64,000 nucleotides of DNA from Calditrichia bacterium (lineage in GTDB: Bacteria > Calditrichota > Calditrichia > JAJRVZ01): contig CAVZSQ010000022.1 of NCBI GenBank assembly GCA_963777955.1, positions 736,001 through 800,000 on the forward strand, given 5' to 3'. Under the pieces are notes generated by a model, which made no database searches, was not told the origin of the DNA, and was given only the letters and a program-made list of their open reading frames with translations. Below, in pieces: positions 32,201 through 43,032 of the stretch. The translations under genes were made by a program, and so were the position numbers. How positions within the stretch are numbered: position 1 is the stretch's first letter; each line of letters opens with the position of its first letter.

Positions 32201-34311
32201 AATACAGTACAATTATACCAGGCTATGCCGGTCTGAAATACTCAATGGTTCATCAATACAATCTGTTAGGAGATCCTTACCTGTCGCTGGCCCCGCCGGC
32301 CGATGAACTGAAATTGAGCGGCAGTAATCCGATGCCCCAGCCCGGTGACACGCTCCAGATCGCTATCCAGGCCCCGTTTTTATCCGGAGACGGACGAATT
32401 GAATTGGCTAATGAGAATCATGAATTAATTACAGAGCAATTCTATACGTTAAACGGCGCGCAAGCAGCGGTCTCGCTGCCTGTTCCGGGAGGTCTCTCAA
32501 CCAACCAGTATCTTTATGCCAAGTCTTACGCCATCAGTTCCGCAGGTGATCGGGATGCGCGGGGGGTCTGGCCGATGACTCTTAATAAACCGCTGGTTGA
32601 TTCGGTGCTGGTCAGCCCGGAAAATCTGCAGGTGGGGGATACGGTATTTTTCTCGGTTTTTATCACTACACCGTTGAGTCTCAACAGGGTTCGTCTGATC
32701 AATCTTAAAGGTGCCAACGGTAGTTTTTATGTTCTCAATATGGCCAGGACAGGCGATTCGCTGTGGACCCATGCCGAAGGCTTTGGACCTTACTCGCAGG
32801 CGGATACGATCGGTTTTGATGTCGAGATCATGGATAGCAACGGGAAACTTTATTTATCAAGATTGCATGAGTTTATTGTAGCGGACGCCAGACCGGATCT
32901 GGAAGTCGTCACGAATAGCATTCGTTTGGGTGGTGCCCAGGAAATAGAATTACAGGCCAGGGTCAGAAATAATTCATCATTCGACCTGAATCAGGTGGAT
33001 CTGGGAGTTTTTCTTGATTCATACACCGGTGCCGAATCACCCTATAACAGCCAGTTGCTGGATCTGCAGGCTGGTCAGGCACTGCAGATTTCGATTCCAC
33101 TGGCTGCTGCTGCAAGCCTGCTGACCCCTGACCGTAAATTTTTCATGGTCATCGATTATCTGAAAAAACTCACTGAACGTTATGAGAATAATAATGAACA
33201 GTATACCTCCTTTGCCGGTGATTTATATTCCGTGACCTTACCATTGGGTACTTCTGCGGACGGTCTGGTGAATGACACCGTAAATTATCAGGGCATTTGC
33301 CGTTTCTATGTAGCACCGCAAACCATCAATCTTGCTTCAGTTTTAAAATTCAGCCGTAATCAGGAACCGTTTTATATTGAATCCAAAACCCAGCCGGGCT
33401 TTGCCTACTTACCTTTTCAGGGCATCATGGATTCCTGCTCTATAGAAATCGAACTGCTTAACCAGTCAGCCCAGCTCTTGAGCCCGGCTTACCTGGAATT
33501 CAGCCTGGCCACCGAACAGTATGGCTCACAATTTTTACAGAACGTTTATATTTGTAAATATGAATCACGGCTGGGACGCTGGGTAGCGCTGGATGAAAGT
33601 TCCCCTGGACAGGGAAAAATTTATACCTATACACTGACCGGCGGAGAATTTGCCCTGTTCCATATTGAAGATAATGACGAGCCCGAAATCGAGATTACGG
33701 TAAATGGCCGAACCATACATCAGGATATGATGATCCCTGAGAATCCCCGGATCGCCTTTATTCTTCAGGACAAGAATGGAATTAATCTGTCCAATGGATT
33801 CAGCGTGATGGTCGATGAAAATTCTCTGCCGAGTGACCGGATTAATTATCCGGATTCCATCCAGAACGCCAATGCTATTTCAATTCTGACCACCCCCGAG
33901 TTAAGTGCCGGTAAACATAACCTGACGGTAAGCGTTTGCGATGCCAAGGGTAATACAACGACCCGGTCTGTTGATTTTATAATAACGGGTGATTTTCAAA
34001 TTCAGATTTTTGGTAACTATCCCAACCCGTTTGCGGAAAGTACGATTATTGCCCTGCAAATTATATCTCCCAATGTACTGGATGAGCTGGAGGTCAAGAT
34101 CTATACGGTCTCGGGCAGATTGATCAGGAAAATAACCAGTCTGGAACAATATCCGGATGAGCAGTGGGATCCGGGATATCATGAAATCGAATGGAACGGC
34201 CGGGATGATGATGGGGTCAAGGTGGCCAACGGGGTTTATTTTGCCGTGCTGCGGGCAAAGTTGAGGGGGGAGTCGATCGAAAAAACTCTTAAACTGGCGA
34301 AACTAAGATGA
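29276..34311 (+). CDS. PorU-like C25 (gingipain-family) cysteine peptidase with propeptide, Ig-like/CARDB regions and a T9SS-type C-terminal domain, about 1,680 aa; +1 frameshifts near 29620 and 30663
   Basis: Signal peptide; propeptide motif GYPRVP; EDIYDEF, LVGDASYD, SRIP; catalytic His in FYGHGG (31861) and Cys in SMTCFTG (31963); YNLLGDP; LQDKNGIN; CTD NYPNPF...KIYTVSGRLIRK...WNGRDDDG...NGVYF. Confidence 0.85.
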
Positions 34312-35321
34312 AAAAATTTATAAACTATATTCTTATCCTGTTTTTACTGCCGGCAGTATCATTCCCGGCCGATACGAAGTATGGCGGTGCTTTTCTGGAA
34401 CTGGGTGTGGGCGCGCGTCCTCTGGCTCTGGGTAGTGCCTATGTTTCCCTGGCGGATGACGGTTCGGGATTTTACTGGAATCCAGCCGGAGTTTCTTTCG
34501 TACAGCGGCTGAATGTATCGCTGATGTATGCCAATCTTTTTAATTCGCTGGAAAATCATGGATTCATCAGTGCCTCCTTACCGGTTTTTGGCGGTGCGGT
34601 AATATCAGCCAGTTGGATCCGTCTGGCGGTAGATGATATACCCAGGTACGACGGGATCTATTCATATGATGATTATTTGCATCGTAAAGATGATCCGGCC
34701 TTGTGGCTGGATGATCCGGCCCAGGGTAGTTTCAATTTTGCCAGCAATGCTTATTTCGTCACTTTTTCCAAACTTTCCAAAATAAGGGTGGATCTGGGCT
34801 GGCAATATTTCGAATTGCCATTTGAGATAGGTTATGGTTTAAACTTTAAAATGCTGGATATAAAACTGGCTGATAGAACAGGCTCCGGGATGGGTCTGGA
34901 CGGCGGCCTGCGTTTGAAACTGGGACTGGACACTCTGTTTGCCGACGAGAATTATGGCGATCTGAATTTTGGTCTGGCTGTCGCAGACCTGTTCGGTACC
35001 CATATAACCTGGGATACGGATTCCAAACAACAGGATAAGGTCGATCGTAACTGGCGTTATGGCTTCAGTTACTCCCAGCCGTTGCATTTTATTGAAAGCG
35101 AAATCCTGCTGCTGTACGATCTAAATTCAAAATATAAGGGCAGTATGCATTTTGGCTTTGAATTTACATATAAAAAATTTCTGGCCCTGCGTCTGGGCAG
35201 CAATGATGGAAATTTTACGGCAGGGGCAGGTTTGGCCTACTGGGGTATTGGAGTCGATTATGCGTTCCAGTTGCATGACCTGGGTAATTTGCATCGGGTA
35301 GGTATAACATTAGGTTTCTAA
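34308..35321 (+). CDS. PorV/UPF0164-family outer-membrane beta-barrel
   Basis: FLELGVGARPLALGSAY...FYWNPAG N-terminal motif, LALRLG, GIGVDYA, terminal GF. ATGA overlap with the C25 gene. Confidence 0.82.
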   Translation: MKKFINYILILFLLPAVSFPADTKYGGAFLELGVGARPLALGSAYVSLADDGSGFYWNPAGVSFVQRLNVSLMYANLFNSLENHGFISASLPVFGGAVISASWIRLAVDDIPRYDGIYSYDDYLHRKDDPALWLDDPAQGSFNFASNAYFVTFSKLSKIRVDLGWQYFELPFEIGYGLNFKMLDIKLADRTGSGMGLDGGLRLKLGLDTLFADENYGDLNFGLAVADLFGTHITWDTDSKQQDKVDRNWRYGFSYSQPLHFIESEILLLYDLNSKYKGSMHFGFEFTYKKFLALRLGSNDGNFTAGAGLAYWGIGVDYAFQLHDLGNLHRVGITLGF

Positions 35322-35322
35322 A

Positions 35323-36054
35323 ATGAACCGAACCATTTTCTTAATTTTTCTGCTGCTGGTTGTTTCCTGCGACAATTCACAGGGTCCGGAATTGCCGCAG
35401 CCGGCCAGGGTACAATGGGTACCCCGTTCCAGCGATCTGGCTGCCGTTGAGAGTGGTATCGATGCCGTACCGGAAAGCGATGGGATTAAATTGCAGTGGT
35501 TCAGTTTGCACGATCAAAACCTGAAAAAATATTCCATTTACCGGCGTAAAAGTCAGGAAACTTATTTTAAAGTCATAAAAACCATAGATCTGGAAACAGC
35601 ATTCCCCGGGCAGGATACTGTCTTTGTTGATGATGATCCGGACATGGAATTTTACAGATATACTTATTATTATATTTCCGGAACCAACCGCGATGATCTG
35701 GAAGGTTTGCCATCGGATACAGTGAGATATCAGTTGCTGGAAAAATCTCAGACCTATGTACCGAACGGGGAAACGATTACCGGTTTACCCGTGTTTTACT
35801 GGTCGTTTCCACAAACAGCAACTCCCGATTCGTTCATTTTGCGTATAGAACAGGAATATTTAAACAGACTGCATTATATTGCCAAATTTCAGAGTAACTA
35901 TGATTCCCCTGACCAGACTCTGAATTTAACCCTGGTAGCCAATCCGCCTTCATTCGACTCGGGATTTTCCTACCGCTGGAGAATTGACAGCATCGGTCCG
36001 GATTCCAGCAGCAGCGGGGCCGAATCGGCCTGGAAAATTTTCTATATAAATTAA
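35323..36054 (+). CDS. Putative lipoprotein with FN3/Ig-like domains
   Basis: Lipobox LVVS-C; IKLQW...YSIYR...FVD...YYYISG...EGLPS and YRWRID are FN3-like patterns. Confidence 0.65.
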   Translation: MNRTIFLIFLLLVVSCDNSQGPELPQPARVQWVPRSSDLAAVESGIDAVPESDGIKLQWFSLHDQNLKKYSIYRRKSQETYFKVIKTIDLETAFPGQDTVFVDDDPDMEFYRYTYYYISGTNRDDLEGLPSDTVRYQLLEKSQTYVPNGETITGLPVFYWSFPQTATPDSFILRIEQEYLNRLHYIAKFQSNYDSPDQTLNLTLVANPPSFDSGFSYRWRIDSIGPDSSSSGAESAWKIFYIN

Positions 36055-36063
36055 GAAGAGGAA

Positions 36064-36531
36064 TTGATGAACAAGATAGTACTATTTTTCTTCCTGGTAT
36101 TGTTAGCATTCCCATGCCAGGCCCAGGATGAGCAGTATCTCCAGTTCGGCGACCGGCCGGCCCAATATATTCTGGGCGGCAGGGATGTTTTATTGATCAA
36201 TGTAAATCTCTGGGGGCATGTGCAGCGGCCCGGGATTTACAGTATTCCCAGCACCTATGGTTTGATCGATCTGATCTCTTCGGCGGGTGGACCTTTAAAA
36301 ACAGCCCGTTTGAGCGAGGTCCGTATTATCCGCAATAACAGGTCGGTCGTATCGATTAACATTGATCGGTTTATAAAAACAGGCGATAACACTTTGTTAC
36401 CAGTACTGCAACCCGGGGATACGATTATCGTTTCGGGGAGCGTAACGGATATGTTTACGCGGATTATCGCCGTTTTACGGGATATTGCCATCATTTTGAA
36501 CGTGGTCTACCTGACCCAACTTGTAAAGTAG
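36064..36531 (+). CDS. Stand-alone SLBB (soluble ligand-binding beta-grasp) protein with a C-terminal helix
   Basis: Signal peptide; VNLWGHVQRPGIY, LIDLISSAGG, LQPGDTIIV; C-terminal amphipathic helix as in Wza-like proteins. Confidence 0.75.
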   Translation: MMNKIVLFFFLVLLAFPCQAQDEQYLQFGDRPAQYILGGRDVLLINVNLWGHVQRPGIYSIPSTYGLIDLISSAGGPLKTARLSEVRIIRNNRSVVSINIDRFIKTGDNTLLPVLQPGDTIIVSGSVTDMFTRIIAVLRDIAIILNVVYLTQLVK

Positions 36532-36557
36532 ATAGAATTAGGAATGATTAATTTCCC

Positions 36558-36586
36558 TTGACTGAGTAATTGAGTCTTTATAAATT
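36558..36586 (+). promoter_or_regulatory. Sigma70-type promoter for the tandem barrel genes
   Basis: TTGACT (36558-36563), 17-nt spacer, TAAATT (36581-36586); GGAGG SD at 36617-36621. Confidence 0.55.
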
Positions 36587-36626
36587 TAAAATTATTAATA
36601 TATTCTGACAATTGTTGGAGGTTGGG

Positions 36627-37772
36627 ATGAAAAAATTCATCTCTGGTGTATTAATTTGCTTTTTTGTTACCGTGGGTTTTGCCCAATATGCTGGCAGTAA
36701 ATCCTTAATGAAAACTCAGACTGCAAAAACTTTTGAAGCCGGCCGGCTGGATTTTCGCAGTGATATTAATTTTTTTACCAAGCTGGCGGATGACCTGCTG
36801 AGCCGGATTGATTTTACAGCGGCCAATTACTGGGTAGTCAGCAGCAATATGCTTATGACCTATGGTATTGTTGACAATGTGGATCTGACCGTGGCTTTGC
36901 GTTTATATCAGGATACCCATTATAAAAACGAGTACAACCTGCCGGATGATATTTTTGCTACTTTGAAATTCGGTTCTTTCTCTTTTGGCAAGCGGCGATT
37001 TTACGGTGCCGGCATGTTGAACCTTCGCTTTGGTACCGGGGATATCCACAATTACGCTTTCGTGGAGTATGCCAGCGGGGGGTTGGAATACGGGATCAAG
37101 GGCGCCTTATCATATTATATCGATCCTTATCTGCCCGAACGGAATTTCTCGGCTCACCTGAACCTGGGCTGGTATAATCATAACGATGCCAGTAAAATCG
37201 TATATAGCCCACCCAATGAACCCAACATAAAACTTGAAGCCGGTGAAAATGGTATGGAACTCCAATATGGTTTAGGAATGATCTATCCGGTGGGTCTGGT
37301 CGATTTTATGCTGGAGTTAAACGGGATCAATTTTCTGACGCAGCCGGACAGCATTGTTTTTAGCCGGGAAGATTATATGTATTTAACTCCATCGATTCGT
37401 TATAAGCCCTATGGCTGGTTGTCACTCGATCTGGGTGTGGATATAAGAATGTCTGCGGACAAGGACGAGACCAGTTATGCATCAGCAGTCGGAGTACGTA
37501 ATCCGTTTGGTGGTTTAGATCTTCCTAATTATGCCAACTGGATGGCTCATGTGGGCTTTACATTCCACATCCTGCCTCCCAGGGATCAGAGTTACGGCGG
37601 GATGGAACGCGACCGCTTCAATCGCCGGATTGATTATTTTGGCAATTCCATGGCCGATCGTGACCGGTTGGAGAAAGTGCGTCAGGAGTTGGAAAAACTG
37701 AAGAAACAGCGCGAAGATGCCGAAAAAGAGTTAGAGGAATTAAAAACAGTCCTGGAAGAAGAGGGCAAATAA
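36627..37772 (+). CDS. Putative outer-membrane beta-barrel with a C-terminal coiled coil (paralog 1)
   Basis: ATG 36627 follows GGAGG; signal peptide GFA-Q; amphipathic beta-strands; tail LEKVRQELEKLKKQREDAEKELEELKTVLEE. Confidence 0.7.
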   Translation: MKKFISGVLICFFVTVGFAQYAGSKSLMKTQTAKTFEAGRLDFRSDINFFTKLADDLLSRIDFTAANYWVVSSNMLMTYGIVDNVDLTVALRLYQDTHYKNEYNLPDDIFATLKFGSFSFGKRRFYGAGMLNLRFGTGDIHNYAFVEYASGGLEYGIKGALSYYIDPYLPERNFSAHLNLGWYNHNDASKIVYSPPNEPNIKLEAGENGMELQYGLGMIYPVGLVDFMLELNGINFLTQPDSIVFSREDYMYLTPSIRYKPYGWLSLDLGVDIRMSADKDETSYASAVGVRNPFGGLDLPNYANWMAHVGFTFHILPPRDQSYGGMERDRFNRRIDYFGNSMADRDRLEKVRQELEKLKKQREDAEKELEELKTVLEEEGK

Positions 37773-37817
37773 TTTCAAATTCAGGTTAATCAAAACCATT
37801 TGAATCCGGAAAATTCC

Positions 37818-38954
37818 ATGAAAATACTAACAATATCTGTTATTAGTCTGTTGCTCTGTATCTCCGTTTTCGGCCAGAACGCCGGCAGTAATATTTTTAC
37901 GCATACACAGTCCGGCCGGAGTTACGGTGCCGGGCATTTTGAAGTTTATAATCAGAGTGCCTTCTTTACCGCGAGTGTCGGCACTATTACCACACCACCT
38001 CCAGAGCCGGCATTTTCCGGCAGCAGTTACTGGCTGGTACAGAATAACTTCGCCCTGGTCTATGGACCGGTGGAGCATCTTGATCTGATCCTGAAATTAG
38101 GTTTTTATCAGGATTCCCATTATATGAGCGATTTCAATTTTCCTGATGCCATCTCTTTTACTTTAAAAGGAGGCTCGCTCACCTTTGCCGGGCGCCATTT
38201 ATATGCTGCCGGAATGCTGAACCTGTCCAGGCCAATGGGGGATACCCATAATTACCCGCTGGTCGAATACAGCAGCACTGCTCAGTTTGAATTCGGTGTT
38301 ACCGGCGCACTTTCATATTACAGCGATATCTATTACCCCGACAATTCTTTTTCCGCGCATTTGAATGTCGGTTACTTCAGTCATAATGCCGCAAAATCAG
38401 TGGCCTATAATAAAGAAAATCTTGAGATACTGGCCGGTACTAATGGCGTCGGAGTTCAGTACGGTCTTGGTTTGATCTATCCTTTACGGCTGATCGAGTT
38501 CCGGGTAGAATTGTCTGGAATTCAGTATCTGCAGCAGCCGGATACTATAGTTTACGGCCGGGAAGATTACATGTACGTAACCCCCTCCATCCGCTACAAA
38601 CCGTTCCACTGGCTTTCCATTGATCTGGGGCTTGACTATAGAATTTCAGCAGATGAGGAAAAGACCACTGGGGCGTATCTTTATACAGACAATATGGGTC
38701 TGCCCAATTATGCCGACTGGAAAGCACAAATCGGTTTAAATTTTAAAATTTTCCCGTTTGCGCCCCCTCCTAAATCGGTCGAACAAATCAAGTCCGAACA
38801 GTTTAACCAGAGAATTGACTACTTCCGCGGCATGGTTGAAGACCGGGAACGATTGCAAAATGCCCGTGAGGATATTGAAGCAATCAAAACTGAACGACGC
38901 AAGGTCGAACGGGAAATAAAAGAACTGAAACAAGCCCTGGAAGCGCAAGGGTAA
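37818..38954 (+). CDS. Putative outer-membrane beta-barrel with a C-terminal coiled coil (paralog 2)
   Basis: Signal peptide VFG-Q. Shares GALSYY, FSAHLN, QYGLG.IYP, REDYMY.TPSIRYKP, LPNYA.W and FN.RIDYF with the upstream gene; coiled-coil tail. Confidence 0.7.
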   Translation: MKILTISVISLLLCISVFGQNAGSNIFTHTQSGRSYGAGHFEVYNQSAFFTASVGTITTPPPEPAFSGSSYWLVQNNFALVYGPVEHLDLILKLGFYQDSHYMSDFNFPDAISFTLKGGSLTFAGRHLYAAGMLNLSRPMGDTHNYPLVEYSSTAQFEFGVTGALSYYSDIYYPDNSFSAHLNVGYFSHNAAKSVAYNKENLEILAGTNGVGVQYGLGLIYPLRLIEFRVELSGIQYLQQPDTIVYGREDYMYVTPSIRYKPFHWLSIDLGLDYRISADEEKTTGAYLYTDNMGLPNYADWKAQIGLNFKIFPFAPPPKSVEQIKSEQFNQRIDYFRGMVEDRERLQNAREDIEAIKTERRKVEREIKELKQALEAQG

Positions 38955-39157
38955 GCGGCAGAACATCCCTGCTTGTAATAATTTCTAATGTATAATTAAT
39001 AAAGTCTTCAAAAGTAATTCTCAAAACTTTATACTTCTCACTCAATCTTGCGGGCAGTAAATTCAGATTCAGCCAGGCTTTATTGCCTAAGTAACAAAAA
39101 AATATTAAATTAAAAGTCTGAATTTTTATATTGTTCATTATTTCAACAGGAGTTTTT

Positions 39158-40257
39158 ATGGATTCGGAGTTAATGGAACGGATTAAAAAGGTCAGGGAAA
39201 ATCTAATCCATCTGCGGAGTTATCTTTGACCTGGATAATAAGATACAGGAAGTAAAAACACTCGAACAGCAATCGACCGATCCGAATTTTTGGACGGATA
39301 ATGTGAAAGCCCAATCGGTACTGCGTGAAATCAATGAAAACAAATCATGGATCACCAGTTGGGATAAACAAAAAACACTACTGGATGATATCGATGTTTT
39401 ACTGGAATTACAGGAAGAAAATCCGGCGGAAAATCTGGACCAGGATATAAACGACCATCTGCTCGTCATAGAAAAGAATCTGGAAGATCTGGAACTGCGT
39501 AAGATGTTCAATGGCGAGATGGATGGACGCAATGCCATTCTGACCATACACCCCGGAGCCGGCGGAACCGAATCGCAGGATTGGGCCACCATGCTGATGC
39601 GCATGTATTTGCGCTACTGTGAGGGTACCGGATTTAAAACCGAAACGCTCGATTTACAGGCCGGTGAAGAAGCGGGTATTAAAAGTGTCACCATTGAAGT
39701 CGTGGGTGAGTTATGCTTATGGTTATCTTAAAGCCGAAGCGGGTGTGCACCGGCTGGTGCGCATTTCGCCTTTTGACTCCAATAGCCGCCGGCATACTTC
39801 ATTCGCCTCGGTTTTTGTCCTGCCGGTGATGGATGAAAAAATTGACATTGATATCGATCCCAACGATTTGCGCATCGATACCTTCCGGGCCAGCGGCGCC
39901 GGAGGGCAGCATGTCAATAAAACCAGTTCGGCAGTGCGTATTACTCACATCCCCAGCGGGATTGTGGTACAATGCCAGAATGAACGCTCGCAGCATAAGA
40001 ATAAAGCAAATGCCATGAAAATCCTGGCAGCGCGGTTGTATAAACTTAAAGAAGAGGAACAGCAGCGCGAGCGTCAGAAAATGGAAAATGAGAAGAAAGA
40101 TATTGCCTGGGGGCATCAGATCCGATCCTACGTCTTTCATCCCTATAATATGGTCAAGGATCATCGCACAGGTTTTGAAACCAGTAATATACAGGCCGTC
40201 ATGGATGGAAATTTATACGAATTTATTAAAGCCTATTTAATTCAATCAACCAATTAG
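39158..40257 (+). CDS. prfB: Peptide chain release factor 2, with a programmed +1 frameshift at 39224-39230 and an additional probable error frameshift near 39711
   Basis: AGGAG SD, ATG 39158, [23 protein letters not shown] then [20 protein letters not shown] (RISPFDS), GGQ (SGAGGQHVN), WGHQIRSY. Confidence 0.96.
39215..39230 (+). promoter_or_regulatory. RF2 autoregulatory +1 frameshift site
   Basis: CGGAGT TAT CTT TGA C: internal SD-like GGAG followed by the canonical CTT-TGA-C shift site. Confidence 0.92.
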
Positions 40258-40296
40258 AGTTTGTTCATATCGCGGTATAAACAACAGGAGAACGCT

Positions 40297-41784
40297 GTGG
40301 AAGAACTGAATCAACTCATGCTGATGCGTCGCGAAAAATTAAATAAGATCAAAGAAATGGGGATTGATCCGTATCCGTATAATTTTGAAAAAACCCATTT
40401 TTCCGATGAGATCAAAAACAGTTTCGAACAACTTGAGCATCAAAAGGTTGCTGTCTCGGGCAGAATCATGTCCATCCGGCTGATGGGTAAAGCGGCTTTT
40501 GCCCATCTGCAGGACCAAAACGGGAAAGTTCAGATATATTTGAAATCCGACCATGTGGGGGAAGAAAATTTTACCCTGTTCAAATTGCTGGACATTGGTG
40601 ACATCATCGGATCAATTGGTGAAGTCTTCAAAACCAAAACCGGCGAAGTATCGGTCTACGTCGAAACTTTTAAATTACTGACCAAATCGCTGCGTCCTTT
40701 ACCGGTGGTAAAGGAAAAAATAGAGGAGAATGAACGTGTGGTCTATGATCAGTTCGTGGATATTGAGACCCGCTACCGTCAGCGTTACGTGGATCTTATC
40801 GTCAATCCTGACGTAAAAGAGGTATTTATCAAACGAACCCGGATCATTACCGCGATGCGTTCTTTTTTAAATACCCGTAATTTTATCGAAGTGGAAACAC
40901 CGATCCTGCAGCCCATCTATGGCGGAGCTGCTGCCCGGCCGTTTATTACTCATCATAACACACTGGATATCGATTTGTATCTGCGTATTGCCAATGAATT
41001 GTATCTTAAACGGCTGATCGTCGGCGGATTCGACCGGGTATACGAATTTGCCAAGGATTTCCGCAATGAAGGTATGGACCGCTTCCATAATCCGGAATTT
41101 ACCATGCTCGAATTGTACGTAGCCTACCAGGATTATAAATGGATGATGTCCTTCGTGGAAGAATTGATCGGCCAGGTGGCCAGGGAAGTAATCGGCGGTT
41201 ATAAGTTTACTTATCAGCAGCATGAAGTTGATCTGACGCCTCCCTGGCAGCGCCTGACCATCTTTGAGGCCATAAAAAAATATGCAGATCTGGATCTGAG
41301 CAACATGACTGAAGACGAATTGCGTAAGACGGCTCGCCGCCTGGAGATCAGGGAAGATCCGTCCATGGGTTATGGCAAACTCATCGATGAAATTTTCAGC
41401 GCCTGTGTAGAACCCAAGTTGATCCAGCCGACTTTTATAATGGATTATCCGGTGGCGATGTCGCCGCTGGCCAAGAAGCACCGGGATAATCCGCAACTGG
41501 TTGAACGGTTCGAACCGATTATTTGCGGTAAAGAGATTGCCAATGCCTTCAGTGAATTAAACGATCCTTTCGATCAACGGGAGCGTTTCATGGACCAGAT
41601 GAAATTACGCGAGCGGGGAGATGAGGAGGCCCAGGTTCTGGACGAAGATTTTCTGCGCGCCCTGGAATATGGTATGCCGCCGACAACCGGTCTGGGAGTC
41701 GGCATCGACCGTCTGGCCATTTTACTGACAAATTCCGCCAGCATCCGCGATGTCATATTTTTCCCCCAGATGCGGCCTGAATAG
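40297..41784 (+). CDS. lysS: Lysine--tRNA ligase (class II)
   Basis: GTG 40297 follows [59 protein letters not shown]. Confidence 0.97.
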   Translation: MEELNQLMLMRREKLNKIKEMGIDPYPYNFEKTHFSDEIKNSFEQLEHQKVAVSGRIMSIRLMGKAAFAHLQDQNGKVQIYLKSDHVGEENFTLFKLLDIGDIIGSIGEVFKTKTGEVSVYVETFKLLTKSLRPLPVVKEKIEENERVVYDQFVDIETRYRQRYVDLIVNPDVKEVFIKRTRIITAMRSFLNTRNFIEVETPILQPIYGGAAARPFITHHNTLDIDLYLRIANELYLKRLIVGGFDRVYEFAKDFRNEGMDRFHNPEFTMLELYVAYQDYKWMMSFVEELIGQVAREVIGGYKFTYQQHEVDLTPPWQRLTIFEAIKKYADLDLSNMTEDELRKTARRLEIREDPSMGYGKLIDEIFSACVEPKLIQPTFIMDYPVAMSPLAKKHRDNPQLVERFEPIICGKEIANAFSELNDPFDQRERFMDQMKLRERGDEEAQVLDEDFLRALEYGMPPTTGLGVGIDRLAILLTNSASIRDVIFFPQMRPE

Positions 41785-41796
41785 AAGGTGGTGTAA

Positions 41797-43032
41797 ATGT
41801 CATTCGAATCATTTATTGCCAGGAAATATTTCCGGGCTAAAAGACGAACAGGATTTATCTCGATCATTACCTATGTTTCGATAGCCGGGGTGACCATTGG
41901 CGTGACCGCATTAATCCTGGTGCTATCGGTAATGAACGGATTTGAGGCGGAAGTGCGCTCCAAACTGATCGATGCGGATGCGCATATCCGTTTACGCAAA
42001 TATTTCAGCGAAACCATCACTGAAACGGACAAACTGCTGGAAATGGTCCGCCAGAATCCGCGGGTGATAGGAGCCGCGCCGACGATCTATGAAGAAAGTA
42101 TGATTAAATCCAGCAGTACGCAAAATCCGACGATTGTCAAGGCAATTGATCCGGCCTCCATGGACAAGGTACTGGATCTTAAAAGCAAGATCATTCATGG
42201 CACGCTGGATTTCTCAGAAAAAGAAATTCAGGGACATATGTTACCAGGAATAATTTTAGGCCGTTATCTGGCCGACCGGTTGTTAACACTGAATCCTGAC
42301 GATGTGGTAACAATTTTCACCCTGCCCAAGGAAGGGGGTATCTTCAGTCAACCGCGGGTCATGCAATTCTACGTGGCCGGAATTGTCGAACTGGGCTATT
42401 ACGAATATGATCGGATGTTTTCGTTCATTTCCCTGGAATCGGCACAGAAGTTGTACAATATTCCGGGAGGAATTTCCTGGATTGAAATAAAGATTGATGA
42501 TTATGAAGCAGCTGACCAAGTGGCCAAACAAATTGAAGATAAGTTGGGATATCCGTTTGTAACCCAGACCTGGTTCGAATTAAATAAATCCCTGTTCAGC
42601 TGGATGACTATCGAAAAATGGGCGATGTTCTTCATCCTGAGTTTAATAATTATGGTCGCCGCTTTCAATATCATCAGTTCGCTGATTATGATCGTGATGG
42701 AAAAAACAAAAGAAATCGGTATATTGAAAAGCATGGGGGCGACCTCCAAGAGCATAATGAAAATATTTATGTATGAGGGTATTATTGTCGGGATGATCGG
42801 TGCGGGCCTGGGCAGTTTGCTCGGTTATATAATCGGCTATATCCAGATGACCTACAAAGTTATTTCTTTGCCGGCCGATGTCTATATTATTGATGCTCTG
42901 CCCATGCAGCTGCATCTGCTTGATTTTGTAGGGGTATCATGCATCGGATTGGTTTTATGTTTTCTGGCTTCGGTTTACCCGGCCTATAAAGCCTCGCGTC
43001 TTTATCCGGTGGAGGCAATCAGATATGAATAA
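41797..43032 (+). CDS. lolE: Lipoprotein-releasing ABC transporter permease LolC/E
   Basis: [63 protein letters not shown]; classic lysS-lolCE-lolD order. Confidence 0.9.
   Translation: MSFESFIARKYFRAKRRTGFISIITYVSIAGVTIGVTALILVLSVMNGFEAEVRSKLIDADAHIRLRKYFSETITETDKLLEMVRQNPRVIGAAPTIYEESMIKSSSTQNPTIVKAIDPASMDKVLDLKSKIIHGTLDFSEKEIQGHMLPGIILGRYLADRLLTLNPDDVVTIFTLPKEGGIFSQPRVMQFYVAGIVELGYYEYDRMFSFISLESAQKLYNIPGGISWIEIKIDDYEAADQVAKQIEDKLGYPFVTQTWFELNKSLFSWMTIEKWAMFFILSLIIMVAAFNIISSLIMIVMEKTKEIGILKSMGATSKSIMKIFMYEGIIVGMIGAGLGSLLGYIIGYIQMTYKVISLPADVYIIDALPMQLHLLDFVGVSCIGLVLCFLASVYPAYKASRLYPVEAIRYE

Noticed and set aside
39700..39731. A second programmed frameshift in prfB
   Set aside because: There is no slippery-site-plus-stop arrangement. 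One extra T at GAGTTATGC restores [13 protein letters not shown], the same pattern as the other artefacts.
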